Below, piece after piece: positions 8,846-18,415 of a DNA stretch of 20,000 nt (within the stretch, counting starts at the first letter, position 1; every line of letters starts with the position of its first letter). Source of the DNA: Sanchytrium tribonematis (Eukaryota); assembly GCA_018985235.1 (NCBI GenBank), contig JADGIG010000007.1:46116-66115 (forward strand), written 5' to 3'. Below the pieces are notes generated by a model that was not told the DNA's origin, did not search any database, and worked only from the letters and a program-made list of their open reading frames with translations. Both the position numbers and the translations under genes were made by a program.

Positions 8846-9857
8846 ATGTTTCGCCCTGATGAGATTCTTAATCAATTTTTATCCAATACAGGTCAGATAA
8901 CTAGCGACTGGGTCCTTCCAAGCTTTGGAGCTATTCCTAAAAAGACTCTACATACTCCTGATGATATAAATAAATGGAGCAAGAGTAAAGGCCTTGGCTT
9001 ATTATTGACAACCTTATTACAATTTACTGATTCTGTTGAAGGTGTGACTGAAATACCTGCTAAATTATCGGAAGAAACTAAAATTATTCTTGACTTCTTC
9101 CACAAGATTAATTTGATGACTTTAAAATTGGGAAATCAAGTAGAATCAAGCGACGACATCAGATTTGGGAATCCAAAGGTGATGGATCTTTACAAATGGA
9201 TTTATGACAACACTCCGGTACATTTAAACAGTTTATCTACTGTTAAAACAGCATTAAAAGAGGAACTATTTTATTATTTCAATAATTCATTTGGTTCATC
9301 TCGATTAGACTTTGGAAGTGGTCATGAACTTTCTTTTTTGGCATTTATGACTATTATTTATAAATCAAACGAAAACGCAGACTTTTCACGCGAGCTTGTT
9401 CTTGTGATTTACTCGCAATACATCACTCTGATCCGCGGCATCATTAAAATATTTCATTTAGAGCCTGCAGGTACTACTATCTTAATTAGGGAGTCATGGA
9501 GTGTGGGGAGTTGATGATTATTACTTATTACCATACTTATTAGGTGCCTCACAATTATGCAACTCAAGGCTAAAGCCATCGGATATCCACAATCCCGAAA
9601 TTTTATCACATTTTCAAACTAAAGATACAAAATTATATTTATATTTCGATGCTATAAGATATATAAAGAGTAACAAAACTGGACCATTTTTCGAGCATTC
9701 GCCCATGCTCAATGATATTTCAAATTCAAAAAATTGGGTCAAGGTAAGACAGGGAATGTTGCGCTGGTATATCATGGAATGCTGCACTAAATTTGTAGTT
9801 GTACAACACTTCTTCATGGGTCAAATTTTTACTCTCGAAGAATATGTGCGAAAGTAA
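8846..9857 (+). CDS. PP2A phosphatase activator PTPA (Rrd1/Rrd2 family); join(8846..9470,9490..9857), 330 aa
   Basis: RFGN and SFGSSRLDFGSGHELSF. After splicing it reads LEPAGSHGVWGVDDY, then KTGPFFEHSPML and KFVVVQHF. Confidence 0.93.
9471..9489 (+). other. 19-nt spliceosomal intron (phase 1), GTACTACTATCTTAATTAG
   Basis: Excision restores the PTPA signature EPAGSHGVW exactly. Confidence 0.96.
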
Positions 9858-9909
9858 ATTGGTTTTGTACTTTTTGTGATGTGAACTTTTTAAGGAGTAA
9901 ACACAAAAT

Positions 9910-10476
9910 ATGTCGGATATTGAATCAAATGAAAACGATTTTGAACTAATGCAAAAAGAAGCGAAATACATCCCACCGATTTTAAAAACAGACGTAATTG
10001 AAGGTATTGGCAAAATTCAAAACATCATCGGAAACCTATTTACTATCATTGGTGAATTGAATGAAAGCATCTACGAGGATGCAGTGATAGTGAATGCTGA
10101 AAAGCAAGTAATTGGCCATATAGTAGATATTTTTGGTTCATATGATGGTGCTTGCAATTATTGCTGTGCAAGGGCTTCTAACTGCGAAAATATAGTGTGG
10201 GATTCATTGATCGATTCAATTAAATGTAATAAAGAGGTATTACTCTATGCGGTCCAGTCTCTGTCAATTAAACTAGATAAATTAGAGATAAAAGAGAAAC
10301 AAATTGAGGATGAAGGCTTCTTTCAAAATATAAGCGAAGATAGTGAAGAAGAATCAATTCATTCTGATGTGCAATCCACGTTTCATTTCGATAACCTCAC
10401 AGCGCAAGACTATCAATCAATTTTAGACAATGTAAATAAGATGAGTGGTGTCGGATTAGATCAAAATCTTAGCTGA
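9910..10476 (+). CDS. Probable H/ACA snoRNP assembly factor Naf1-like (Gar1/Naf1 domain)
   Basis: IGKIQNIIGNLFTI...DAVIVNAEKQVIGHIVDIFG resembles the Gar1/Naf1 barrel. It is followed by an acidic SEDSEEE tract, with no RGG repeats, which favours Naf1 over Gar1. Confidence 0.55.
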   Translation: MSDIESNENDFELMQKEAKYIPPILKTDVIEGIGKIQNIIGNLFTIIGELNESIYEDAVIVNAEKQVIGHIVDIFGSYDGACNYCCARASNCENIVWDSLIDSIKCNKEVLLYAVQSLSIKLDKLEIKEKQIEDEGFFQNISEDSEEESIHSDVQSTFHFDNLTAQDYQSILDNVNKMSGVGLDQNLS

Positions 10477-10516
10477 TAGTATTTATAGACACTCAATAAT
10501 AAATTCAGTGCAATTG

Positions 10517-11245
10517 CTATAGCAGGTTGTTTTTATTTAAATTTAATTCATCTGTGTGGAAAGGTTTAAACGCGTAAGGTAAATTAATGGAATTGTATGC
10601 GAATTTCGGACCTTTGGTTGCCAAGAGTTCCTCAGCAGTCAAAGAATTCTCACTTAGTTGATTGGAATATAGCATAGGGTACACTTTAGATACCAAATCT
10701 ACAAAGACTGCGATCATTTTGGCGTTACTTTTTCGATCGCCCTTTTTAATGAGCTTTTTGGTATCTTCCCATAATATTGGAAATTTCTCAGAGAAAAGAA
10801 ATCGATGGCATTGTGCCAGTGGTGTTGGTAAAAATCTATCGACGTTAGGGTGTAAATTATTTAAGAAATCCTGAACGCTGAGACGATAATAATAATAACA
10901 ATCAATATTATCATAGGGTATGATACATTCTAATGGAAAAAGTTGGATTTTGTCGATATATTCTCGCATATAGGTCCATTTTAAAGTCAACTTTTTTTCC
11001 TTTACTGGAGACGATAACAAAGACTTGCGCCTAATCTCGAGATGGGTCAGATAGTATGTTCCAGGTTCTCCCAAGGTAAATGGTTGTGACTCATCTTGCC
11101 ATTCAATTGTGAACTCGAACAATTCTGAACGGAGCAAAAAATGCTTACCTTCTTTTTGATGTTTTTTTGATATGATAGTACAATGATCATCTGATTCGAT
11201 CTGGATGGTGTATTTGGGAACTTTTGGTTTAATGTAGAAGTCCAT
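10517..11245 (-). CDS. Hypothetical protein (242 aa)
   Basis: Long ORF with ATG at 11245 that exactly fills the space between neighbours. No confident family assignment. Confidence 0.65.
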   Translation of the reverse strand: MDFYIKPKVPKYTIQIESDDHCTIISKKHQKEGKHFLLRSELFEFTIEWQDESQPFTLGEPGTYYLTHLEIRRKSLLSSPVKEKKLTLKWTYMREYIDKIQLFPLECIIPYDNIDCYYYYRLSVQDFLNNLHPNVDRFLPTPLAQCHRFLFSEKFPILWEDTKKLIKKGDRKSNAKMIAVFVDLVSKVYPMLYSNQLSENSLTAEELLATKGPKFAYNSINLPYAFKPFHTDELNLNKNNLL

Positions 11246-11283
11246 CAAATTTAATATATAGCAGTAATTTCAAGGAGTTGCAA

Positions 11284-13198
11284 ATGTTAAATTATTTGTC
11301 TGCGGCTTTTAACGCATTTGGTATAGGCAATTTTAAAAGCCAAGTAGTTGGCACTCTCTATGAAAAAATCAACAAGCTATCTGTAAAATTCAAAGATTGC
11401 GAGTTAGAAGTTCAACAGCATTCAAATAATCTTTATCAGTTGGTTATCAGCAAAATTTATGATCAAGATGAAGAGTTTTCAGATTTTGATGAGTATGTTA
11501 TCCTTCTTCGCTCTGAAATAGAATTAAAAGAGACTTCGGGAGGCTTCACTTGGATTGATGATGGGATTGAAATGGTTTTTATGACAAAAGACTCCAGTAT
11601 CCTTCAAAAGCTTCAAAATCACATAAATATTTATGAGGATGATAAAATGAAAAGCAAGTCAATTTATATTGAAAGTGCTCAAAATACGGCTCCTTTAAAT
11701 ATATCTGGAGACGTCATGCTCTCTTGCGGTATTAATTTATTTACCTTTAACGTGAAAGATTCACTATTTGAGCCAATATCAGAAAAAGAATTCAAATTAG
11801 AAGTCGTAAAAAGTCAAACAGGATCTTTTATGAAAATCAGTGGCGAACATGACATCTGCACCAAAATTGAACATTCTATGAATCCCTACTTCAGTCAAGA
11901 AAAGTGGTGCTTTTTGTGGAACCATTTTGATAAAGTCTTGGTGAGTATGGCGGCTGTCTTCTCACCTAAGGATTACTCAACGTTTAGATCCATACTACAG
12001 AGAGTCTTAATTGAACAACAAAATCTGTTAATCACTCCAGATGAGATCCAGTACGCTCAGTCTGCTCTAATTGCTGAAGATATGGCATATGAAGAAGGAG
12101 TTACTGCAGATGATAGCTCTAGCTCTGAGACTGAGTCCGAGCCTGATTTGATCGGAGAGGCCAATGTTGCAAAAGATAGAAATAACAAGCTTACAACTTC
12201 TCTCAGAAATTATAAAGCATTTGTTAGCAGGGGTGATAAAATTGACTCGTACGACACAAATTCTAAAGTTCAGAAATTAAGGACAAATTCTTCCAATTTT
12301 ACTCCTGACAACATACATCTGCATGAAAATGAACGGAAGCTTCTAATGTTTGACAAAAATCGCGTCTCTTCTATGGATTTGGAGACCGGAAAAGTGGTTG
12401 AGGAATGGGATGCTCCTAAAAATTTGAGAGGAATTAGTTCTTTGACCAAATCGTCTCAATTAACCAATGAACAACAATTTTATGGAATAACCAATAATGA
12501 TGTGTTACTAATGGACCCTCGATCAAGAAATTTGGCTTCACAGACCACATCTTACAAGTCAAACCCAAATTTCACTGCAATTAAGACAGGCGGCAAGGAT
12601 GATCAGATTGCAGTGGCAAATGAGCAAGGAGAACTCAAATTATACAACAAGTTAGGAATTCGTGCTAAGACAAATCTAAAGCTAGCTGGAGGTATTTATT
12701 TTTAATGAAGAACCAATATTAAGTTTAGATATATCAGAGAATGGGGCTTGGATAGTAGCGACTTGCAAGACTTTTCTAATGTTGATAGAGGCTGATCACG
12801 AATCCACAAGTGGTTTTTCAAAATCAATTCCAGTTAAACACAGGAAACCACCTATTAGACTTACCATTCGACCTGATCATGCAATGCAGCTAGGCCTTCA
12901 GAAAGTCAATTTTACTCCGGCCAGATTTGATACAATTAATGGCAAGGAAGAGAAATACATCGTAAGTAGCACAGGAAATTATCTTATAGCATGGTCGCTA
13001 AAGAAAGCGAAGTTAGGTAGGAATGATTATCAAATCAAAAAATATTCAGAAACAATAGTCGGAGAACAATTTCACAAACCAGGACAAGTTGTCGTGGCCT
13101 TATCGAATCAATTGGTACTAGCCAACAAACGAAATTTTATGACCCCAAAAAAGATTTTTGCGGATCGTGACAGCGTCACTAAATCTTATAATAAATAA
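11284..13198 (+). CDS. VID27: Vid27/CYPRO4-like protein; join(11284..12691,12711..13198), 631 aa
   Basis: MDLETGKVVEEW, DPR and GELKLYNKLGIRAKT. After splicing it reads GEPILSLDISENGAWIVATCKTFLMLI, then FTPARF and IVSSTGNYLIAW. Confidence 0.9.
12692..12710 (+). other. 19-nt spliceosomal intron (phase 1), GTATTTATTTTTAATGAAG (AAG acceptor)
   Basis: Excision joins the two ORF-track pieces in frame and restores the Vid27 G[DE]PI motif. Contains an in-frame TAA. Confidence 0.9.
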
Positions 13199-13201
13199 TT
13201 A

Positions 13202-13888
13202 CTAACTTAATAATTTTTTTATTTCGTTCCTATTCAAAGGAACCGCTGGACTTTGCGTTGATTTGATAAAAATTTGCTTAATAAAATTATTTTCCAGTGT
13301 GGTTCCACTGAGCTCATTAACATATTTAAACAAGGAAGAAAGATTACTCTTGATTTTTTGAAAATCCAAATTAGTGTCACCCAATACAACATCAACTATG
13401 CCATTATTGTCTATCATTTTGGAAGATTTCCTAGAAATATCGATGGCCGCTTGAAGGTCTCTAGTCACTGTACCTTTCTTGGTGCTCGGCATTAAATTTT
13501 TTGTACCAAGATATTTACCCAATTTGGTGAGTTCTTTAAAGTTGCTTTCATAACAAATCAAGTTTGTAAATTCATGTTTAGACACATCATCCAAATCAGA
13601 TATTTTAATTTCAGCATCAGTCTTATTTATAACATCCAGTGGCCCATACACCGCTACAACTGATTTTTTCGCTTTAAAATATTCCAGAGGGAGTGTACTA
13701 GTCAATTTTATCCTTTTGAACATTTTTGTATTGTACATAAAAGTCACATTTACCACTTCAGTATCAGTCGCGAAAGCCTTGACCATCAAGTAAGCATCCT
13801 CGATGGTCGCGTTTGGTTTATCTAACTTCTTCAGAAGTCTACTTCTGCTCCTGTGTCCACGTAATAAATTAAATTTTCGAAGAAACAT
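13202..13888 (-). CDS. MRPL1: Mitochondrial ribosomal protein uL1m
   Basis: LGKYLGTKNLMPSTKKGTV and IKQIFIKSTQSPAVPL match L1 motifs. The Arg-rich N-terminus MFLRKFNLLRGHRSRSR looks like a presequence. First ATG at 13888. Confidence 0.85.
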   Translation of the reverse strand: MFLRKFNLLRGHRSRSRLLKKLDKPNATIEDAYLMVKAFATDTEVVNVTFMYNTKMFKRIKLTSTLPLEYFKAKKSVVAVYGPLDVINKTDAEIKISDLDDVSKHEFTNLICYESNFKELTKLGKYLGTKNLMPSTKKGTVTRDLQAAIDISRKSSKMIDNNGIVDVVLGDTNLDFQKIKSNLSSLFKYVNELSGTTLENNFIKQIFIKSTQSPAVPLNRNEIKKLLS

Positions 13889-13903
13889 GGAGGTTTTCAA
13901 AAT

Positions 13904-15766
13904 TTATTGAATATTTCTCGACGATAGATATTTGATAATAAATTCATTTATGTCGCTTGGATTATCGATCCATTTTGATTCATCCATAGATACACAGCGC
14001 CAGCCAGAAATCCCATAAAATTTAGGTCTGGGATAGTTCAGATTCGTTATTTCACCATAATCTTGGTAACCTTGAAAATTGCTCGATGAGATTTCTCCTG
14101 CATATTTTATGAGGTTTGCATGAAAGAAGGAAGCCTCGCCGTCCATATAATGCACCATGGCATGTCCGCATTTATACTGCTTGTAAACAAAGCCATACGA
14201 TTTCATGAAGGATGGCTCTATGAATATTGTGTTCATTAGGTACTTTGCAGACCATCTCACTACATCCTTGTCACCAAAAAAGAAATCCATCCAAAATTTA
14301 TGGTCCATCAAGATCAAATAAGAGAGAACTAAAGTCTGTAAATGTTGACTTTTGTTAACCAGCCATTGCCCAGCCTCAATTTCCAATTCATTCATACATT
14401 GTACCTCAAATATATCGAAAATAGGATTTTCAAAGTTGGTTTTCCACATATCTTGAAATAATACGAGCCCGTGCTCCAGGTAATTTCTATTTAGAAAAAG
14501 AGATGAAGGGTCTTTAATAGGGGTGCAATCTGAATCCAGATACAAAATGTTTTCGAAATTGCTTGCCAAAATGGCGGCAAGTTTGTAGTGATAGTTATTT
14601 TTAGCCTCTGAAGTTAATTCAATTCCAAGAAGCCCAATTTTCGAGAGAGAAATTACATTAACATTGGAAACTTGTTCCAGACTTTTTTGGTTGGTTGAGT
14701 TGATTTCATTAAAATGAAAGACTTGAATTGGCAGAGTAGATTTAAGTTGCTCACGAATAAATTTTACATTAAAATAAGTTTCATTGAAAACATTGTCGTA
14801 CGAAAGCATTACAATTCCTTGTTCTCTCGTGCTTTTGGGTAATGACTGTAAGGAATCCTTGTTCAGCAAACTCAAATATTTTTTCAGCCTTATTTTACCT
14901 TCAAAAATAATTTCATCTCTATTTCTCCATAAATACGAAGATGGCTTTCCATCAATTTGGTACGAAGGTACATTTCCACAGCCATTGATACACAAGTTAG
15001 ACTTTTGTTTAAGAATTCTGAGATAAAATTCCGGTAAAGAAAGTGCTTCACTTTCAAAGTCATTACAACTTTTGCTTGAATTAAAATTCATGTAACCTTT
15101 TGGTATCTTCTTAAACGAATTCACAGAGCCAATATGTTCATTCGAAAGCCCAGTAATTTGCTGAATTATTAATGGTTTCGAATTTAACATATATACCATA
15201 GAAAATCCACAAAATTTTAATACATGCCTTCCAACCAAATGAGAAGGCTCCAAAATTGGAGTGACCAAAGATTTTAAAAATTCGTTATATGTCATACTAC
15301 TTTTGAATTCTCTTTCAAAAATTTCAATGTCCAGAACGATTGAATACTGGCCTTCTAGAATCCCAAATCTTATTGAACGTTTTTTGCTGAATAGTTCATG
15401 CTGAATTATTACTCTTGGATTTCCAAGAAATTGAAAATTAGGACTTAAAATAAAAAGCTGTGAGCATTTTTTTTCAATTGCCCTAGAATACAAATTTATA
15501 ATTTCTATAAACTCTATGCTATGTGCATCAAACGTGTCAGTTCTTAAAGGATGGCCATTTGGTAATACAAATGCATGATCAATATAATTTGCTAGAAAGT
15601 AATCGTTTAGATAATTGAAAAGGTAAGAATTATTTTCTTGAACCAAACATAAGACTTGTTTCTTCCTTCTTAGGAAAGAATTCGATTCTTTCTCAGCCAT
15701 GTTTTGTGGTAATAATGCCATAATTGATAAAATAATGACTATGGAATAAAGGATTTTAGTATACAT
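13904..15766 (-). CDS. Golgi alpha-mannosyltransferase, GT71 (Mnn1/Mnn2 family), type II membrane protein
   Basis: N-terminal signal anchor, then QGIVM, LPIQVF, YKLAAILASNFENILYLDSD (DxD), QDMWKT, EAGQWLVNK and GDKD. First ATG at 15766. Confidence 0.88.
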   Translation of the reverse strand: MYTKILYSIVIILSIMALLPQNMAEKESNSFLRRKKQVLCLVQENNSYLFNYLNDYFLANYIDHAFVLPNGHPLRTDTFDAHSIEFIEIINLYSRAIEKKCSQLFILSPNFQFLGNPRVIIQHELFSKKRSIRFGILEGQYSIVLDIEIFEREFKSSMTYNEFLKSLVTPILEPSHLVGRHVLKFCGFSMVYMLNSKPLIIQQITGLSNEHIGSVNSFKKIPKGYMNFNSSKSCNDFESEALSLPEFYLRILKQKSNLCINGCGNVPSYQIDGKPSSYLWRNRDEIIFEGKIRLKKYLSLLNKDSLQSLPKSTREQGIVMLSYDNVFNETYFNVKFIREQLKSTLPIQVFHFNEINSTNQKSLEQVSNVNVISLSKIGLLGIELTSEAKNNYHYKLAAILASNFENILYLDSDCTPIKDPSSLFLNRNYLEHGLVLFQDMWKTNFENPIFDIFEVQCMNELEIEAGQWLVNKSQHLQTLVLSYLILMDHKFWMDFFFGDKDVVRWSAKYLMNTIFIEPSFMKSYGFVYKQYKCGHAMVHYMDGEASFFHANLIKYAGEISSSNFQGYQDYGEITNLNYPRPKFYGISGWRCVSMDESKWIDNPSDINEFIIKYLSSRNIQ

Positions 15767-15810
15767 AAATTTAAAGGTCACGTCGCTAAAAAGTTACAGT
15801 TTATTTTGAT

Positions 15811-18040
15811 TCAATTGGCCGACCCTGGAGTTCTAAGCTCTATCACACAGTCATCGGATATAGTTTCAGGAAGTAAAGGAATATCTTTAGACTCAAAAAT
15901 TTTGTCAAAATTTTCAATCAAGAATGTCACAAAGTCATTTGGCTGATTGTCGAAAAAATTGTTAGGATCGTCCTTGAGCTTTATAAGTGTTGGCCCAAAA
16001 ACAATGCCGATATTCCTAGGATTCATTTTATTATATTCTTCAAAAGAAGCTACCCTAAATTAGATCAATTTACCTTTGCAGATGTTGAATAAGGTAGTAT
16101 AATGTATAGTAATGAGATGGTAGTAATTTTTTAATGGAATTTTTAAAAAAGATTAACGAATCATCGGAAGGTTTAGGTTCCTTGAGAATATATACTGTTG
16201 TTTCATATATGTCTGTAGAAATAAGTGGGATTTTCAAATCTCGGAAATAAGCTTTTAAAAGAGACGATACTGAAAGAACGTCGATGAGATCATGCGCCAT
16301 GTCAATGGTGTTACCTTGTTCCCACTCATCTTGCATATTCTTCATTTCCTTCATCGCACCAGCCCTTCGATAAATTCCCTCAGTTTTTAAACCTTTTTCA
16401 TCAACAACTCTCAAACAAGCAGTTACAATATTAGGAATTGGTTTGCCCTCGAAGTCCGCTCTTTCTTGCAAAAATCCACCGAAGAGGACAACTTTTTGTT
16501 TCTTTAACTTAGCAATAGCCAAGCCTTTCAATTGTTTTGCACGCAAAGATCCCTCCATGAGTCTTAAAGTTTTAGCTCTGTTAATATCTTGTGGTTGATC
16601 GTCTTCATCTTGTTTTTGCTTTTTGATAAGATTATTTGCTTTGTCTCTCCAAAACTCTTTCTTGCCTTTATCTTCAGCTAAATTACTGTTTGAAACATTC
16701 TCGAGACTTTCCCTAGAGCCTTTGGCGTCTATATCATGTTCTCTTGGTGATTCAGGACTTGTTGGTTGCTGAAATTTTTCAGATTTTTTAGCTGTACTTA
16801 CTACTTCATTTTGTCTGAACTTACAGACTTCGTATTCCTTTACTTTTTCACGAATTTCTGTCAGAATTGTGGCTTTGTCGGCAATCAAGGATTTAATTTC
16901 GCTAGTTAAAGTATTTTTTTGCTCTTCCAATGGTGCCAGTAACGATAACAATTTCGCTATTTCGGAGTCGGATGCGATAACTCCATTTTCAGCTCTCTTT
17001 CTCAACATTTCTTGTAAGACTTTACACTGCTTCTCAGACTGATTTCTCAAATTTTCCTCATATTTAGAGTCAGATTTTTGTTTTTCAAGTTCTGAAAGCT
17101 TGACATGCAATTCACCAATGAGTAGCTCATATTTGAGCTTCAAATTATTGTAATCGGAGGACTTGTCTTCTTTTTCTTTAGCTATAATTTCATGTTGTTT
17201 TTTTATTCCACTGATATTTATTTCCAACGACCTTAATTTCTCCAAGTCAAACCTATGCTCTTCTCTTTCTTTATCCAAATCTTTTACTACTTTAATAAAT
17301 TCGTTGTCCAAAGTTGATAATTGCATTTGAAGCCTAGAGACTTTTTCTAATTGGATTTGTAAGGATATTTCTAAATCTTTCTTTGATTGAGTTAATTGCT
17401 TGAGTTCTTTGCCAATTTCTGAATTAAAAGAACTCAGTTGCTGTTTCGTTTTGGTTTCTGACTCGGCAGTGTTTTTAAATCCCGATAATTGTAGTTCATA
17501 AGAATGAATTATTTGTCTTGATTCATCAAGTTGTTTTTCAACTTGAATTTTAGACTGTCTTACCAACATTAATTCATCTTTTAGCTCTTGCAACTGGTCT
17601 TCCAAGTAGGATTTAGTTTGCTGAAGTTCTGAAAATTCCTCAATTGTGCAAGAATTTTTTTTCAATTCATCAAGATGATACAATGCTTCTCTGTATCGAA
17701 CTTTCTCTAATTCCATGCTATGTTTATAATGATCGAAATCCTCTAAAGCCTTACGACTCAAGTCTTTCAATTTTTTCAGCTGTTCTTGGAGCTCTATATT
17801 CAAGGCTTGTGATTTTTGAAGTTCTTTTTTAGCATGTTCGTGCTCCTCATTGCGAGATTGCTTCGGAACCTCTGTTGTTTTAAGAAAACTCATCATATCT
17901 TCTTCCAAAGAGCCAATATTGATGTTCATATTCAAATCATTAGCTTTGAAGTTTGTACTTTGAATATCATTTATATGTGATTTCGACTTTCTAGCAGTAG
18001 ATGCGCTAGTTGAAGACCTTTTGACAGGTTTTTCTTCCAT
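15811..18040 (-). CDS. Coiled-coil protein with C-terminal RhoGAP domain; complement(join(15811..16054,16074..18040)), 736 aa
   Basis: IPNIVTAC, EGIYRRAG (arginine finger) and LLKAYFRDLKIPL. After splicing it reads HLQRVASFEEYNKMNPRNIGIVFGPTLI. Long heptad-rich N-terminal region. First ATG at 18040. Confidence 0.9.
16055..16073 (-). other. 19-nt spliceosomal intron (phase 2), GTAAATTGATCTAATTTAG
   Basis: Excision restores the RhoGAP HLxRV..NKMxxxNxxIVFGP spacing. Contains a textbook CTAAT branch motif. Confidence 0.95.
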
Positions 18041-18092
18041 GATTAAAAAGCCACGAGTCTCAAATTTTTTAATATGGAGAAACTTTGAAATA

Positions 18093-18410
18093 ATGTCACA
18101 AACCAAGCTACAAAAGCGAGAAATAACTCAACTAAAGAAAAATATACTACAATCTGAGAGTAAGATTTCGGAAGAAAAACGGCTACGAGATTTTACCCCA
18201 GACTTGATAAATGAAGAGATACAAAAATGGACGAATATCATATTGGATGTATATTTGGAAATTAAATCTTTTTTATTGGATGACCAGGTTACAGAATTAA
18301 AAGACTATATTAATCGATATTGCATTTCTAATGATTTGAGATTGCTTGCCTCAGAATTGGGGTTTGTAGAATCGGAAAATGACTCCGATCGTAATTCAGT
18401 CGTAGAATAA
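18093..18410 (+). CDS. Small coiled-coil protein, possibly Sfr1/Mei5 family
   Basis: ATG at 18093, 105 aa. A coiled coil followed by LINEEIQKWTNIILDVYLEI...LKDYINRYCIS resembles the Sfr1/Mei5 C-terminal L..LI.KW pattern. Assignment tentative. Confidence 0.4.
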   Translation: MSQTKLQKREITQLKKNILQSESKISEEKRLRDFTPDLINEEIQKWTNIILDVYLEIKSFLLDDQVTELKDYINRYCISNDLRLLASELGFVESENDSDRNSVVE

Positions 18411-18415
18411 ATAAT

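Noticed and set aside
8106..18040. Rac1 and a RhoGAP in the same window as a functional cluster
   Set aside because: They are separated by six unrelated genes, and both families are common, so proximity is expected by chance.
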